A DNA stretch of 64,000 nt from positions 8,380 through 72,379 of the forward strand of contig JAYOTG010000008.1 of NCBI GenBank assembly GCA_038150305.1, given 5' to 3'. A model generated the notes under the pieces. The model was not told the origin of the DNA. It did not search any database and saw nothing but the letters and a program-made list of their open reading frames with translations. Below are positions 27,901-35,113 of the stretch, piece after piece. This stretch comes from Candidatus Poseidoniales archaeon (GTDB taxonomy: Archaea > Thermoplasmatota > Poseidoniia > Poseidoniales > Poseidoniaceae). A program made the translations under genes and the position numbers. How positions within the stretch are numbered: the stretch's first letter is position 1; the number at the start of each line of letters is the position of its first letter.

Positions 27901-30432
27901 CCGGACGGTTGGGCCGTTCCACCGACCGCGGCGGAACTGCAGGGCTCCAACCTCCAGCCGGACGCCGCCGTGGCGCTCCACAGCCGGTTGCAAGCTGACG
28001 TCTTCACCGCCGGGGGTCAGCCGCTCATCGACGGCCAGGATTACAGCGCCGTGATCGTCGTGGAGTATGCCGACGGCCGCCTCGGCACACCGTCGATGCC
28101 CCTCGGACCCGCCACCCCAAGCGACGAAATTCCGAGGCCCCCAAACAGCGGTGAGGCCATGCCCTCCACCTTGAGCAACGCAGCCGATGGCGACCTCGAG
28201 GTGCGATGGGAGCGATGCACCGCGTTGGACCATGCATCCACCCGATTGTATGCTTCGACCGTGGAACGCACCGACGTCCTCGGCCTCACGCCTGAATTGG
28301 ACCTGCCAAAGACCGGAGGCAACGAAACCGTGCTCTCGCTCCAGCCGGGTCGCGTGTACTGGATTGGGTTGACCTGCGTGGACGAATCCGGCCAAGAGAA
28401 CCTCAGCGACGCCCTCATCTTGGGCCCGGTGGTGCCCACCGGCGGCTTGGATGACGGCCTTGCACCACCACCCCTCCAAGGTGTTGAGGCAAAGGACGCA
28501 CCAAACGACGAAGGAGGACGGCTGCTGGTCAGGTGGACCCCCTCAATGGCCGTGGATTGTGCCTTCTACACGGTGTGGTTGCACGAACTTGGGGACATCC
28601 AGAGCATGGACCAGCCTGGCCAAAACGACGGACCCTATGCCACCCTGGTGGCCGAAGCAACGCAGGACCTGCGCGACGGAACCCTCGTCTTCGAAGAAAG
28701 CAAGGTGGTCACGGATTGCTCGGCCAACGGCACCGTGGTGGACGACATCGGCGGCCGTGAACTCGTTGACGGACGCACCTACTTGGTGGCCGTGACCGCC
28801 CACGACGTGTGGCTCAACGTGGACTTCGGCCTTGGGGAGGACACCATCATCGACGACGCCATTCCATTCCGAAACGTCGTGGACGAAGGCGTACCGCCGG
28901 CTCGGCTCGAGGCGGTCGAAGCCTTTGACCATCCACAGGACGACGGATCGGCCATCGACGTGGTCTTCGCACCCTCTGCCGTCGACGACTTCGGCCACTA
29001 TCTGGTCTGGACCTTCACCGAATCGATCACCAACGTCAGTGCATGGCACGCGGACGGCATGCTCAGCGACGGTGTCAGCGCCTTGCGCATCGACACGCAA
29101 CGCATTGACGCCGACGGTTCGCCCTTTGAAATCACCATGAACGAGGCCATGCACCGCAACCAAGACGGCTCCTGGTCCGTGGTGCCCATCGAAGATGGCA
29201 TGACCGTGTACGCTGCGGTCACCGTTCACGACCTGCGCGGAAACGTCCACCTCGACGGACTGACCACCGACTCGGCCATGGCGATCGACAACGTGGCCGA
29301 CCGAGAGGCCCCCGACCGCATTGAGGAACTCGTGGCCACCGACCGTCCTGAAGACGATGGACGAGCGGTGCTGCTGGAATTCCTGCCAAGCACAGCAAGC
29401 GATGTCGAATCCTACGAGGTCTACGTCCTCAGTGCACCCTTCAACCGCGTCAGCGAAGATGCGTCTCCAAGCCTGGTGCTCGACCGCACCCCCAACTTCC
29501 CCATCGTGGTGGACAGGTATTCGGACGGCAGCTCCCTTGAGCCCGACGTCACCGTTCATCTCGCTGTCGTGGTGCGTGACACGAGTGGAAACGCACACCT
29601 CACCGATCTCACCACGGCCTCGATTGCACCCGTCGATGACGGCATCGAGGACCCTGGGCTCTACCTTGACCCCATCACGGGCATTTCCGCCGCATGGGCG
29701 GACGAAACCGACGTTCTCGTGGCGTGGGAACACACCAGCGATCCAAGCGTTCGTGCCTACCGAGTCTACTTCGCCAGCGCCACCTTCCCCGACGTCGAAA
29801 GCGCCACCTTGGCCGCTGAAGTCCAAGCTTCGAATTCATTCCGCATCACCGCTGCGGCCTTCCCGGAACTGACCAATTCGACCGGGTGGTACATCGCGGT
29901 CACCCCGGTCGACGACGTCTTCGAGCGGACCTCCGTTGAGCCCGTCTTCTTGGCTCCACTGACCCAAGGTGAAGGCGGCGAAGGTGCCGACGATGACGGG
30001 CTGGACCTCGGAACCTACCTGACCGGGCCCAACGCGATCATCGCCGGATTGGTCCTCATCACTGTGCTTCTGGCCCTGTTGGTGCTCCGGCGCCGCGGCG
30101 GCGAAGGCGGCGGCAAAGCATACACCTTGCAGGAAGCCACTTGGGGCATCCAAGAGGACGCCTTCGGGCCAATTCCAACGGCTCCAGCGCCGGCCCCGCC
30201 GCCCGCTGCTCCAGCCTCCACCCCGTCGGCCCTGGCCGCTCCTGAGGCTTTGTCCGTCGACCTCTACGCTGCCGCGCAGCAGCTCGCTCCAGCCCGCATG
30301 GAGGCTCCCGTAACGCGTCCGGCTGCACCCTCGCCCAACATCGACGGCTTGCTGGACGACTTGGGTCTGGACAACGCAGCACCTGCAACCCAAGGAGGCT
30401 TGGACACCTCCTTCCTCGACGATTTGCTGTGA
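21988..30432 (+). CDS. Giant cell-surface protein: beta-propeller repeats, FN3-like repeats, single C-terminal TM
   Basis: About 2800 aa. Signal peptide, repeated GLPSNxI-type blades, four DxPxDxG-initiated beta domains, TM followed by RRR near 30030-30100. Confidence 0.9.
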   Translation: MKAKSNMEGRQDAPQDGVRLHATGLVMLMLMSLVSPLLMPNVAAHEDPGGAVWPMSGSEDTGWVRLNATSADGIQPASADWNLTFAPGATLDNVSFEIRVSGADGVVIDSPLMISGGSIGSALLDLSDQGWMGQTLDLDGGDPFTGRTSSSGLSSSWALPGGATVTDLVIQALAPADPTVSLKPLAFEPVASAVHPDDGRLWLAVDEQMFVIDAAMSPPTIDILASPVGTVVDVAVDMTHRELVVLGEDGLAMIDFDDGNIWAYSQQATPAGLRGLATNASGDVHVVAEDCLYARLAGDAAGWTKLAGCNGNTFPISSTGDVLTMEIIGQYVYVSMADEGVIRYDTVSSTSSVWSSANVLHSDQVTSIVQMGSQILFGSEDAGIARFNPALNLWQATWSSANWLADDQINGLEVIGSDLWVLAGASIQKYDINSGVFTAHSGPSDLSDGGLGGDVPVMMAWPTGGARAPADATLLIGDGTGTFLRMAPGATPIQQSNLVLATSPPIAEMTAVASFGNEVYVGGDDLVAVYNATQRRWTGATTIFGAPSAMTATAADLWVATEEDGLYRIPSSTGTPQQLQSSTDARWNAIVGLAVDAQDVVLTHEDGGVSVWNLTDLANGNPPWESGATSDVPADATGEVAIHNRTAYFASEDGLLRLDLDGTPTWLSAWGSTGIDQSFYAPIVEYQGVLHYGLYGYGVIRIDLASGELLEPLLDGNGNGARGALPSDAIYSVAVTNIRGSAELAIGTQSGAILWDGSSAYNIPGGRNWDERPGQHLEFMDLGSYLFAATNLGVCRWQVDASGGLDIDGCLTVYDGMPNWATYSLGHNSTHIFGGTLSGVGVIARSSFSVVDTWETQSADNAPVAVVGDVAYIGLDGIGVARWDLTNGAWQNLWTSSGVLDTNGITGLVAGAQANTLWVGGDDGFQLIDVINSTELVDIEKTSGLYYDNGDPYDLIMVDDVLYYNQRTASDRIYRIDTSDYSSATNFLDIGVHLNEGSLDVAGMGRMGDVIVASAVSSQWWNTEGSGGIVRWNATSNSWLPDILPDTSIEVMEVLQTANGDTWIQYGDDGVEVLDANGTQILGWSASETPNLPNGQGGYPMGGGMVEWGGDILFASEDGVGAYDPTTATWSTYWTSTGTPEVYELWTDGNVLFIGATSGQGWNPDGVVIMEDSNGTQTTVLSSQAGDFSNAYPISIEACDGMVWTAFFQLSGGAQVIGVDPNGVASDVVIDGQDFGTNARPAALACSGTELHVGFWSVSAGVIVWDLATGQVVDQLTNADGMSNSAVYYDAMATVGPASAPSIAVGYDTNNGEGGFAVYDVANRVPTVREQGALVTTVDRASSGAVVYGIPGLSSGYSQVGTWWPSTGASIIGSRIQLNSGSVSALAGSGTTLYAATYDPIAGFGSSTGGSALLVGDVASNGTLTWTEGHVMRSGMRASSLAIGSQAVHVATAPRGGGQGGGQGVGLLTLDLLNGSWSTASNGLSDNLDGLAWYGNELVTGLVGGGSGVSGVQVYDRTSDAFVDGGVLGGLPSNTILGLSRTSASDVVHIATDGGVGRFDRSMDGWDTPITTVNGLASNNVEDVLTWFDGAGNEQVLLATEGGLALWNASTDQMIATWDDTSGLLETSTWGLFRNATDGSVLLAHDGLGSSRPGATVLAASSSATGGFVVDDTHRFDQLPSNDVTAVAADWWGLHIATESGTMTHWNALSEEFEEGIDRTPTNQRVEQIVADGTTAVLMTNSGLVLVEASAAAHAQLAAETVVGISDVALDASGAVWASTFDDGLAAWSAPPGYQPVPSAASLRATPLNLGIGTGFADVTEFLHPGTTIDLLNLTDLSNVSLPAGAAGALTPTALPLVFSSSTQGAAVWASTELLLWDGTFEMADDAFVSRLQATVDTGRMLNGNLTVEAQLFSPVNGSMDVRLIYDWSRTETPIELLDLTDRPDDGGGALRASWSLVHDDDFARYLIYLKPDGWAVPPTAAELQGSNLQPDAAVALHSRLQADVFTAGGQPLIDGQDYSAVIVVEYADGRLGTPSMPLGPATPSDEIPRPPNSGEAMPSTLSNAADGDLEVRWERCTALDHASTRLYASTVERTDVLGLTPELDLPKTGGNETVLSLQPGRVYWIGLTCVDESGQENLSDALILGPVVPTGGLDDGLAPPPLQGVEAKDAPNDEGGRLLVRWTPSMAVDCAFYTVWLHELGDIQSMDQPGQNDGPYATLVAEATQDLRDGTLVFEESKVVTDCSANGTVVDDIGGRELVDGRTYLVAVTAHDVWLNVDFGLGEDTIIDDAIPFRNVVDEGVPPARLEAVEAFDHPQDDGSAIDVVFAPSAVDDFGHYLVWTFTESITNVSAWHADGMLSDGVSALRIDTQRIDADGSPFEITMNEAMHRNQDGSWSVVPIEDGMTVYAAVTVHDLRGNVHLDGLTTDSAMAIDNVADREAPDRIEELVATDRPEDDGRAVLLEFLPSTASDVESYEVYVLSAPFNRVSEDASPSLVLDRTPNFPIVVDRYSDGSSLEPDVTVHLAVVVRDTSGNAHLTDLTTASIAPVDDGIEDPGLYLDPITGISAAWADETDVLVAWEHTSDPSVRAYRVYFASATFPDVESATLAAEVQASNSFRITAAAFPELTNSTGWYIAVTPVDDVFERTSVEPVFLAPLTQGEGGEGADDDGLDLGTYLTGPNAIIAGLVLITVLLALLVLRRRGGEGGGKAYTLQEATWGIQEDAFGPIPTAPAPAPPPAAPASTPSALAAPEALSVDLYAAAQQLAPARMEAPVTRPAAPSPNIDGLLDDLGLDNAAPATQGGLDTSFLDDLL

Positions 30433-30475
30433 CCGGTGTGCTGAAGCCCAGCACCGCTCTCCCTGATGTGAGCAC

Positions 30476-31219
30476 ATGCCTGCAGGACCGCGTGACGCTG
30501 TGTTCACCACGCTGCTGTTCCAACCGGAACGGGGCGTGGCTGACCTCGACCTGCACCTTGCTCGGCTCCAAGACCACGCACGCGCTTTGCGGCTGACGCC
30601 GCAGATGCCTGACGCGCTCCCAACACTCCGCGACGCATGCCACGATCGAACAACGGAGGGACTGGTCCGCCTTGCATGGTCCGTCGATGGATGGAGCTGC
30701 GCGATCCGTGACCGCCAGGCGCTTCCCGAAGTGGACGCCATCACCGCACCTGCACCTCGATGGGCGGGTCGTATCACGGGAACAAAGCACGGCGCGTGGG
30801 CATGGGCGGCGGAAGCGGCAGCCTACGGAGACGCCATGGGTGCCGATGCGGTGCTGCTGGTGCACGAGCACAGGATCGTCGATGAGCGACGCTCCACACC
30901 TTTGCTGTTGGACGATGACGGCGTGGTTTGGGCTGCGAAAGACGAGGATGGCGCGGTGGACAGCGTGACCTTGCGGACCCTGATGCACGACCTTGCGGCC
31001 GCAGGCCTTCCCGTCCAACGGGGCCACCTCAACGAACGCCGCGTGGCCCGGGCCACCGCCATGGTGCTCGTCGGCACCGGACTGGGGGTGGCCTTGGTCG
31101 ACACCATCGATGGTGTGCCCTTCGTTTCACCAAGTTCGCGCCTGTTCGACGTCTGCCGTGATGCCTACGAGCGTCACATGAACGACTCCGCCACGTGGAC
31201 GAACCTGGAGGACGCTTGA
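30476..31219 (+). CDS. pabC: Class IV PLP enzyme, probable 4-amino-4-deoxychorismate lyase
   Basis: VFTTL, LHLARL, GTKHG (PLP Lys), DAVLL, DSVT; adjacent to a PabB homolog. Confidence 0.75.
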   Translation: MPAGPRDAVFTTLLFQPERGVADLDLHLARLQDHARALRLTPQMPDALPTLRDACHDRTTEGLVRLAWSVDGWSCAIRDRQALPEVDAITAPAPRWAGRITGTKHGAWAWAAEAAAYGDAMGADAVLLVHEHRIVDERRSTPLLLDDDGVVWAAKDEDGAVDSVTLRTLMHDLAAAGLPVQRGHLNERRVARATAMVLVGTGLGVALVDTIDGVPFVSPSSRLFDVCRDAYERHMNDSATWTNLEDA

Positions 31220-31221
31220 GC

Positions 31222-33399
31222 ATGGGCCTCATCCGTACGGTGGAAGGCCTGCGCGAGCAGGGCCAACTTGGCCCGACGGCCGGCGCCTTCGGTGCCCCGG
31301 ACGAGGTGCTGCTCCTGTCCACCGGGCCAGCCAGCCATCTGGCCAAGCACTCGATGATCGCCCGCCCACCGCGTCGTCGAGCCGTGGTGCGGCAACCGGA
31401 ACCCGAACCCTCTGAGCTTGACCCCAGCAACCCGCTGCACGGAGAGCCGGCGTGGAACACGGAAGGTGAGGTGACCGCCACGGTCCAGGCGTGGTCAGAC
31501 GGATCATGGCACGACCTGCAGCAGGTCTCCGCCCCGACCTTGGACGACCTCATGCGGACCTTGGGCGACGTGATGCTCGATCCGCAGCCCTTCGTGACGC
31601 ACGTGGAAGGGTGGCCGCAGCGGCCCTTCCTTAGCGGAGCCTTTGCCTACGATTTGGTGCAATGGACCCAGCCGATTCGCGTCCAACACGTGCCAAACCA
31701 CGAGGCGCTTCTTGCGGTGTTCTGGTCGGTGGACGGCGCGTTGCTCATCGATCACGCCACGGGACAACGCCATCGCCTGCACGTCGACGGTGACGCCTGG
31801 GCGAAGCAGGTTGAACCGGCCGAAGCGCGCGTGACTCCTGCGCCCGTTGTTCAACACGCTGCGCTTGAGAGTTCCATGGACGATGCGCAACACGCCGAGG
31901 CCATTGAAGCGGTGAAGCAGGCCATCGTCGACGGACGAATGTACCAGGTCAACATTGGCCGGCGATGGACGGGCCCGCTTACCGATGATCCATGGGACGT
32001 GATGCGACGGCTGCTCGAGGGAAACCCCGCCCCCTTTTCTGCGTGGACGTGGGCTCCTGACCTGGACCATCACCTGCTGTCCAGTTCGCCAGAATCCCTC
32101 TTGCGGATTCACGCCGGACAGGCGATGACCTCGCCAATCAAAGGCACCTACCCGCGCGGCAGCGACGTTTTGGAAGAGCAAGCACTCCGCCGTGCCTTGG
32201 TGGAGGACGAGAAGGAAACCGCCGAGCACAGGATGCTCGTGGACTTGATGCGCAACGATGTGGGCGCCATCAGTCGACCGGGCTCGGTCCATGTTCAGCG
32301 CTACGACGTCGAGGCCTACGCCACCGTTCAGCATCTGGTGTCGCACGTGGGTGCGACGCTGACCGTCGACCCGCCTACGGCCTTTGCTTCGGTGTTCCCG
32401 GGTGGTTCCATCACCGGCTGTCCCAGAACGGTGGTCTGCGCCGCCATCGACGCCATTGAGCGCGAACCACGGCGCTTCTGGTGCGGATCTGTGGGCTGGT
32501 GGGACCCCGCCGGCCATCACGGGGCATGGAACATTTTGATCCGAACCATGCAGGTCCGTCACGAAGGTGGCAAACGCGTGGCTGACGTGTTGGCCGGGGG
32601 CGGCATCACCATCGCAAGCGTGGCCGCCCGCGAAATCGAGGAAGTGGAATGGAAGGCCGACGCTCTGCTCAGTGCTGCGGGGTGGGGCTTGCCGCAGAGC
32701 AGCACCAGAGGGCGCTTGCGGATCACGCCGCTTCGTGTCCCGCAGGGGGCTCCGCTCGGCGGGCGCTTGGGCCAAGCCCGAGCGCGTCCTCACGGCGCGG
32801 TGGTGCTGGTGGACAACCTGGACTCCTTCACCCACAACATCGCGCACGCCATCATGCAGCTGGGTCACGACGTGCACGTGCTGCAAGGACGCGGGCCGCA
32901 GGGCCCACAGGACATCGATGATGGCGTCAGGACGCTGTTGGAAGCAGCTCCGAGCCACATCGTGCTCGGCCCGGGACCCGGCCGGCCCGAAGAGGCCACG
33001 TTCTCAATGCGATTGGCAGCACTGGCGTTGCAGGGGCAAACACCGCCCTTGCTCGGCGTGTGCCTCGGCCACCAGGCCCTCGGACTGGCGGCAGGCGGTC
33101 GCATCACGCCCGATCCGCATGGACCCGTGCACGGCCGGCCTGTCCAACTTGTGCACGATGGAAGCGGGCTCTTTCGCGATGTGTCGGGCCAAACCATGCG
33201 CATGGTGCGCTACAACTCGCTTGTCGTTGAAGGCTCAGATTTGCGAGGCTTGGACATCAACGCCCGCTCTGGACACGTGACCATGGGGGTGCGTTCGCCT
33301 CGCTTCAACGTCCATGGCCTGCAGGGCCACCCGGAATCCATCGGCAGCGAAGAAGGCGACCGGCTTCTCCGAACCTTCCTCGATGCATCGCATGGTTGA
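31222..33399 (+). CDS. pabB: Fused aminodeoxychorismate synthase: PabB domain plus C-terminal glutamine amidotransferase
   Basis: YQVN, SSSPE, SPIKGT, AEHRMLVDLMRND, FPGGSITG; then VDNLDSFT, LGPGPG, GVCLGHQ, GHPES. Confidence 0.88.
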   Translation: MGLIRTVEGLREQGQLGPTAGAFGAPDEVLLLSTGPASHLAKHSMIARPPRRRAVVRQPEPEPSELDPSNPLHGEPAWNTEGEVTATVQAWSDGSWHDLQQVSAPTLDDLMRTLGDVMLDPQPFVTHVEGWPQRPFLSGAFAYDLVQWTQPIRVQHVPNHEALLAVFWSVDGALLIDHATGQRHRLHVDGDAWAKQVEPAEARVTPAPVVQHAALESSMDDAQHAEAIEAVKQAIVDGRMYQVNIGRRWTGPLTDDPWDVMRRLLEGNPAPFSAWTWAPDLDHHLLSSSPESLLRIHAGQAMTSPIKGTYPRGSDVLEEQALRRALVEDEKETAEHRMLVDLMRNDVGAISRPGSVHVQRYDVEAYATVQHLVSHVGATLTVDPPTAFASVFPGGSITGCPRTVVCAAIDAIEREPRRFWCGSVGWWDPAGHHGAWNILIRTMQVRHEGGKRVADVLAGGGITIASVAAREIEEVEWKADALLSAAGWGLPQSSTRGRLRITPLRVPQGAPLGGRLGQARARPHGAVVLVDNLDSFTHNIAHAIMQLGHDVHVLQGRGPQGPQDIDDGVRTLLEAAPSHIVLGPGPGRPEEATFSMRLAALALQGQTPPLLGVCLGHQALGLAAGGRITPDPHGPVHGRPVQLVHDGSGLFRDVSGQTMRMVRYNSLVVEGSDLRGLDINARSGHVTMGVRSPRFNVHGLQGHPESIGSEEGDRLLRTFLDASHG

Positions 33400-33435
33400 A
33401 AGGACGGGAGCCGGTCGTCAGGCCCGAGGGAGACC

Positions 33436-33822
33436 ATGCCGCTGTGCCGATCCTGCAACGGGACCTTCGCACGTGAGTATTTCATCCACGGAAACGGGCC
33501 ACGTGCCCAAATCTGTGTCCGTTGTGGCCTCGACCAAGGCCTCGTGTCCAAGGAAGACGTTCCAACCTTCTTCGACGAGGGCCTCATCGCTTCGCGCCTT
33601 TCTGTCGTCTCTCGACGATGGGGGCCCTCGATCACCATCCTGATGGGATGGACCCTGTGGCTGACCTTCCTGACCGGCGTGTCGCCTTGGGGCACCTACG
33701 TGCTCGTGCTGTTGGGCCTTGGCACCTTGCTCTTGCCGGCCCAAATCCTGCTTTATCGCGCCAAGTACTCCGGTGATATGGCGCGCCTGACCCCTGCTCA
33801 TGAGCGCCCGAAAGGCCACTGA
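33436..33822 (+). CDS. Small Zn-ribbon plus 2-TM membrane protein
   Basis: CRSC...CVRC followed by two hydrophobic helices. Confidence 0.75.
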   Translation: MPLCRSCNGTFAREYFIHGNGPRAQICVRCGLDQGLVSKEDVPTFFDEGLIASRLSVVSRRWGPSITILMGWTLWLTFLTGVSPWGTYVLVLLGLGTLLLPAQILLYRAKYSGDMARLTPAHERPKGH

Positions 33823-33823
33823 G

Positions 33824-35101
33824 TCACGTCTTGGCGTGAATTTTCAGAACGTCCCCGTCCTCAACCTGATGATCGGCACCGACCACGCGTCGCGTGCGCC
33901 CGTCCACACCACGGATGAAACCGGCTTCCAGATCTGTGTGCACGCGTCCGGCCACCGCCTTGGCGGTGATACCTGAGGGCACCACAAGCGCGTCAGGAAG
34001 CACCCTTCCGTCCCCGTCAACCCACCGGCCTTCGTCCTGCACGGGATAGACCACGATGCGTTCGAGGGTATCGAAGACCACCGCGTCCAGCAGGGCTTCG
34101 ATGCCGGTACCCCCGGCCGAAGCCAAGGCTCCGCGCATCCGTTCCAGCGCCGCACGTTGGGCGTCGGAAAGCGGCGCATCTTCGGGGACCTCGAAGTCGA
34201 CGTCGCCCGTCCGGTATCGGATAAGCCCCGCCGCGTCTGCGCGTCGAAGGGCCAACTCCATGTCCGCGAGGCACGGCGTTGCGTCCACGTCGAGGCTCAG
34301 GTGATCCATCACGCCCTCAGGGGCAAGGTCCAGCTTGTTGACCGCGACATGCAGCGGGAACAAACCTCGACGCAGGGTCTTGGCCAGGGCGCTCATCTCG
34401 TCGTCGCCCCAGGTCCACGGCTGGCCCAGGTCGTGCCCGCTTTCACGGAGGGCGTCGAGCGCTGAACCGATGAGCGCCGTGGTCGCCCCGAGGCCGCTCA
34501 GCCGCTCAACGAGGAAGCCCAGCAAGCCTCGCTCACCTTCCGCTTGGACACGACGAACACCGCGGGACCAGCCGTCGTCAAGGACACTGGCGATCCACTG
34601 TTCGAGTTCTGTGGTCAGGAAGGTGACCTCGTGAGCGATGGACGCGGCCGCCACCGCGGGGTCGGTGGCCGGTGAAATCGGGTTGCCCTCGACGTCCGTG
34701 GCGGCCGCCCCGTCGACGACCTGAATCAGAGCATCACAGCCCGCAAGGTCGGCGAGGAAGGCGTTGCCCCTTCCGCGTCCTTCTGAGGCTCCGGGCACCA
34801 GTCCGGCCACGTCGACCAGAGCGACCGGCACATGGCGCTCGAAGTTCAGGCATGTGCCCGTTCGAGGGGAGCACATGGAACCGCCTCGGTCACCCTCGTC
34901 CTCGTCCAGACGTCCCTCTTCGATGAGGCGAGCCCGCAATTCACGGCATGGACACGGCAAGCGTGCGCGAGGGAAGGCCACCCCCACGTTCGGGTCAATG
35001 GTGCAGAACGGGTAGTTTGCGATGTCCACTTTGGCCAGCGTGGTCGCTGCAAAGAACGTGGATTTGCCGACGTTGGGCTTGCCGACCAGCCCGATGCGCA
35101 G
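33824..35101 (-). CDS. ychF: YchF/Obg-family NTPase with TGS domain (archaeal type)
   Basis: Frame extends upstream of the tracked start (35029) as LRIGLVGKPNVGKSTFF; also NYPFCTIDPNVG, DVAGLVPGA, NKLD, VHTDL. Probable CTG start at 35101. Confidence 0.92.
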   Translation of the reverse strand: MRIGLVGKPNVGKSTFFAATTLAKVDIANYPFCTIDPNVGVAFPRARLPCPCRELRARLIEEGRLDEDEGDRGGSMCSPRTGTCLNFERHVPVALVDVAGLVPGASEGRGRGNAFLADLAGCDALIQVVDGAAATDVEGNPISPATDPAVAAASIAHEVTFLTTELEQWIASVLDDGWSRGVRRVQAEGERGLLGFLVERLSGLGATTALIGSALDALRESGHDLGQPWTWGDDEMSALAKTLRRGLFPLHVAVNKLDLAPEGVMDHLSLDVDATPCLADMELALRRADAAGLIRYRTGDVDFEVPEDAPLSDAQRAALERMRGALASAGGTGIEALLDAVVFDTLERIVVYPVQDEGRWVDGDGRVLPDALVVPSGITAKAVAGRVHTDLEAGFIRGVDGRTRRVVGADHQVEDGDVLKIHAKT

Positions 35102-35113
35102 GGCGGACCCCCC

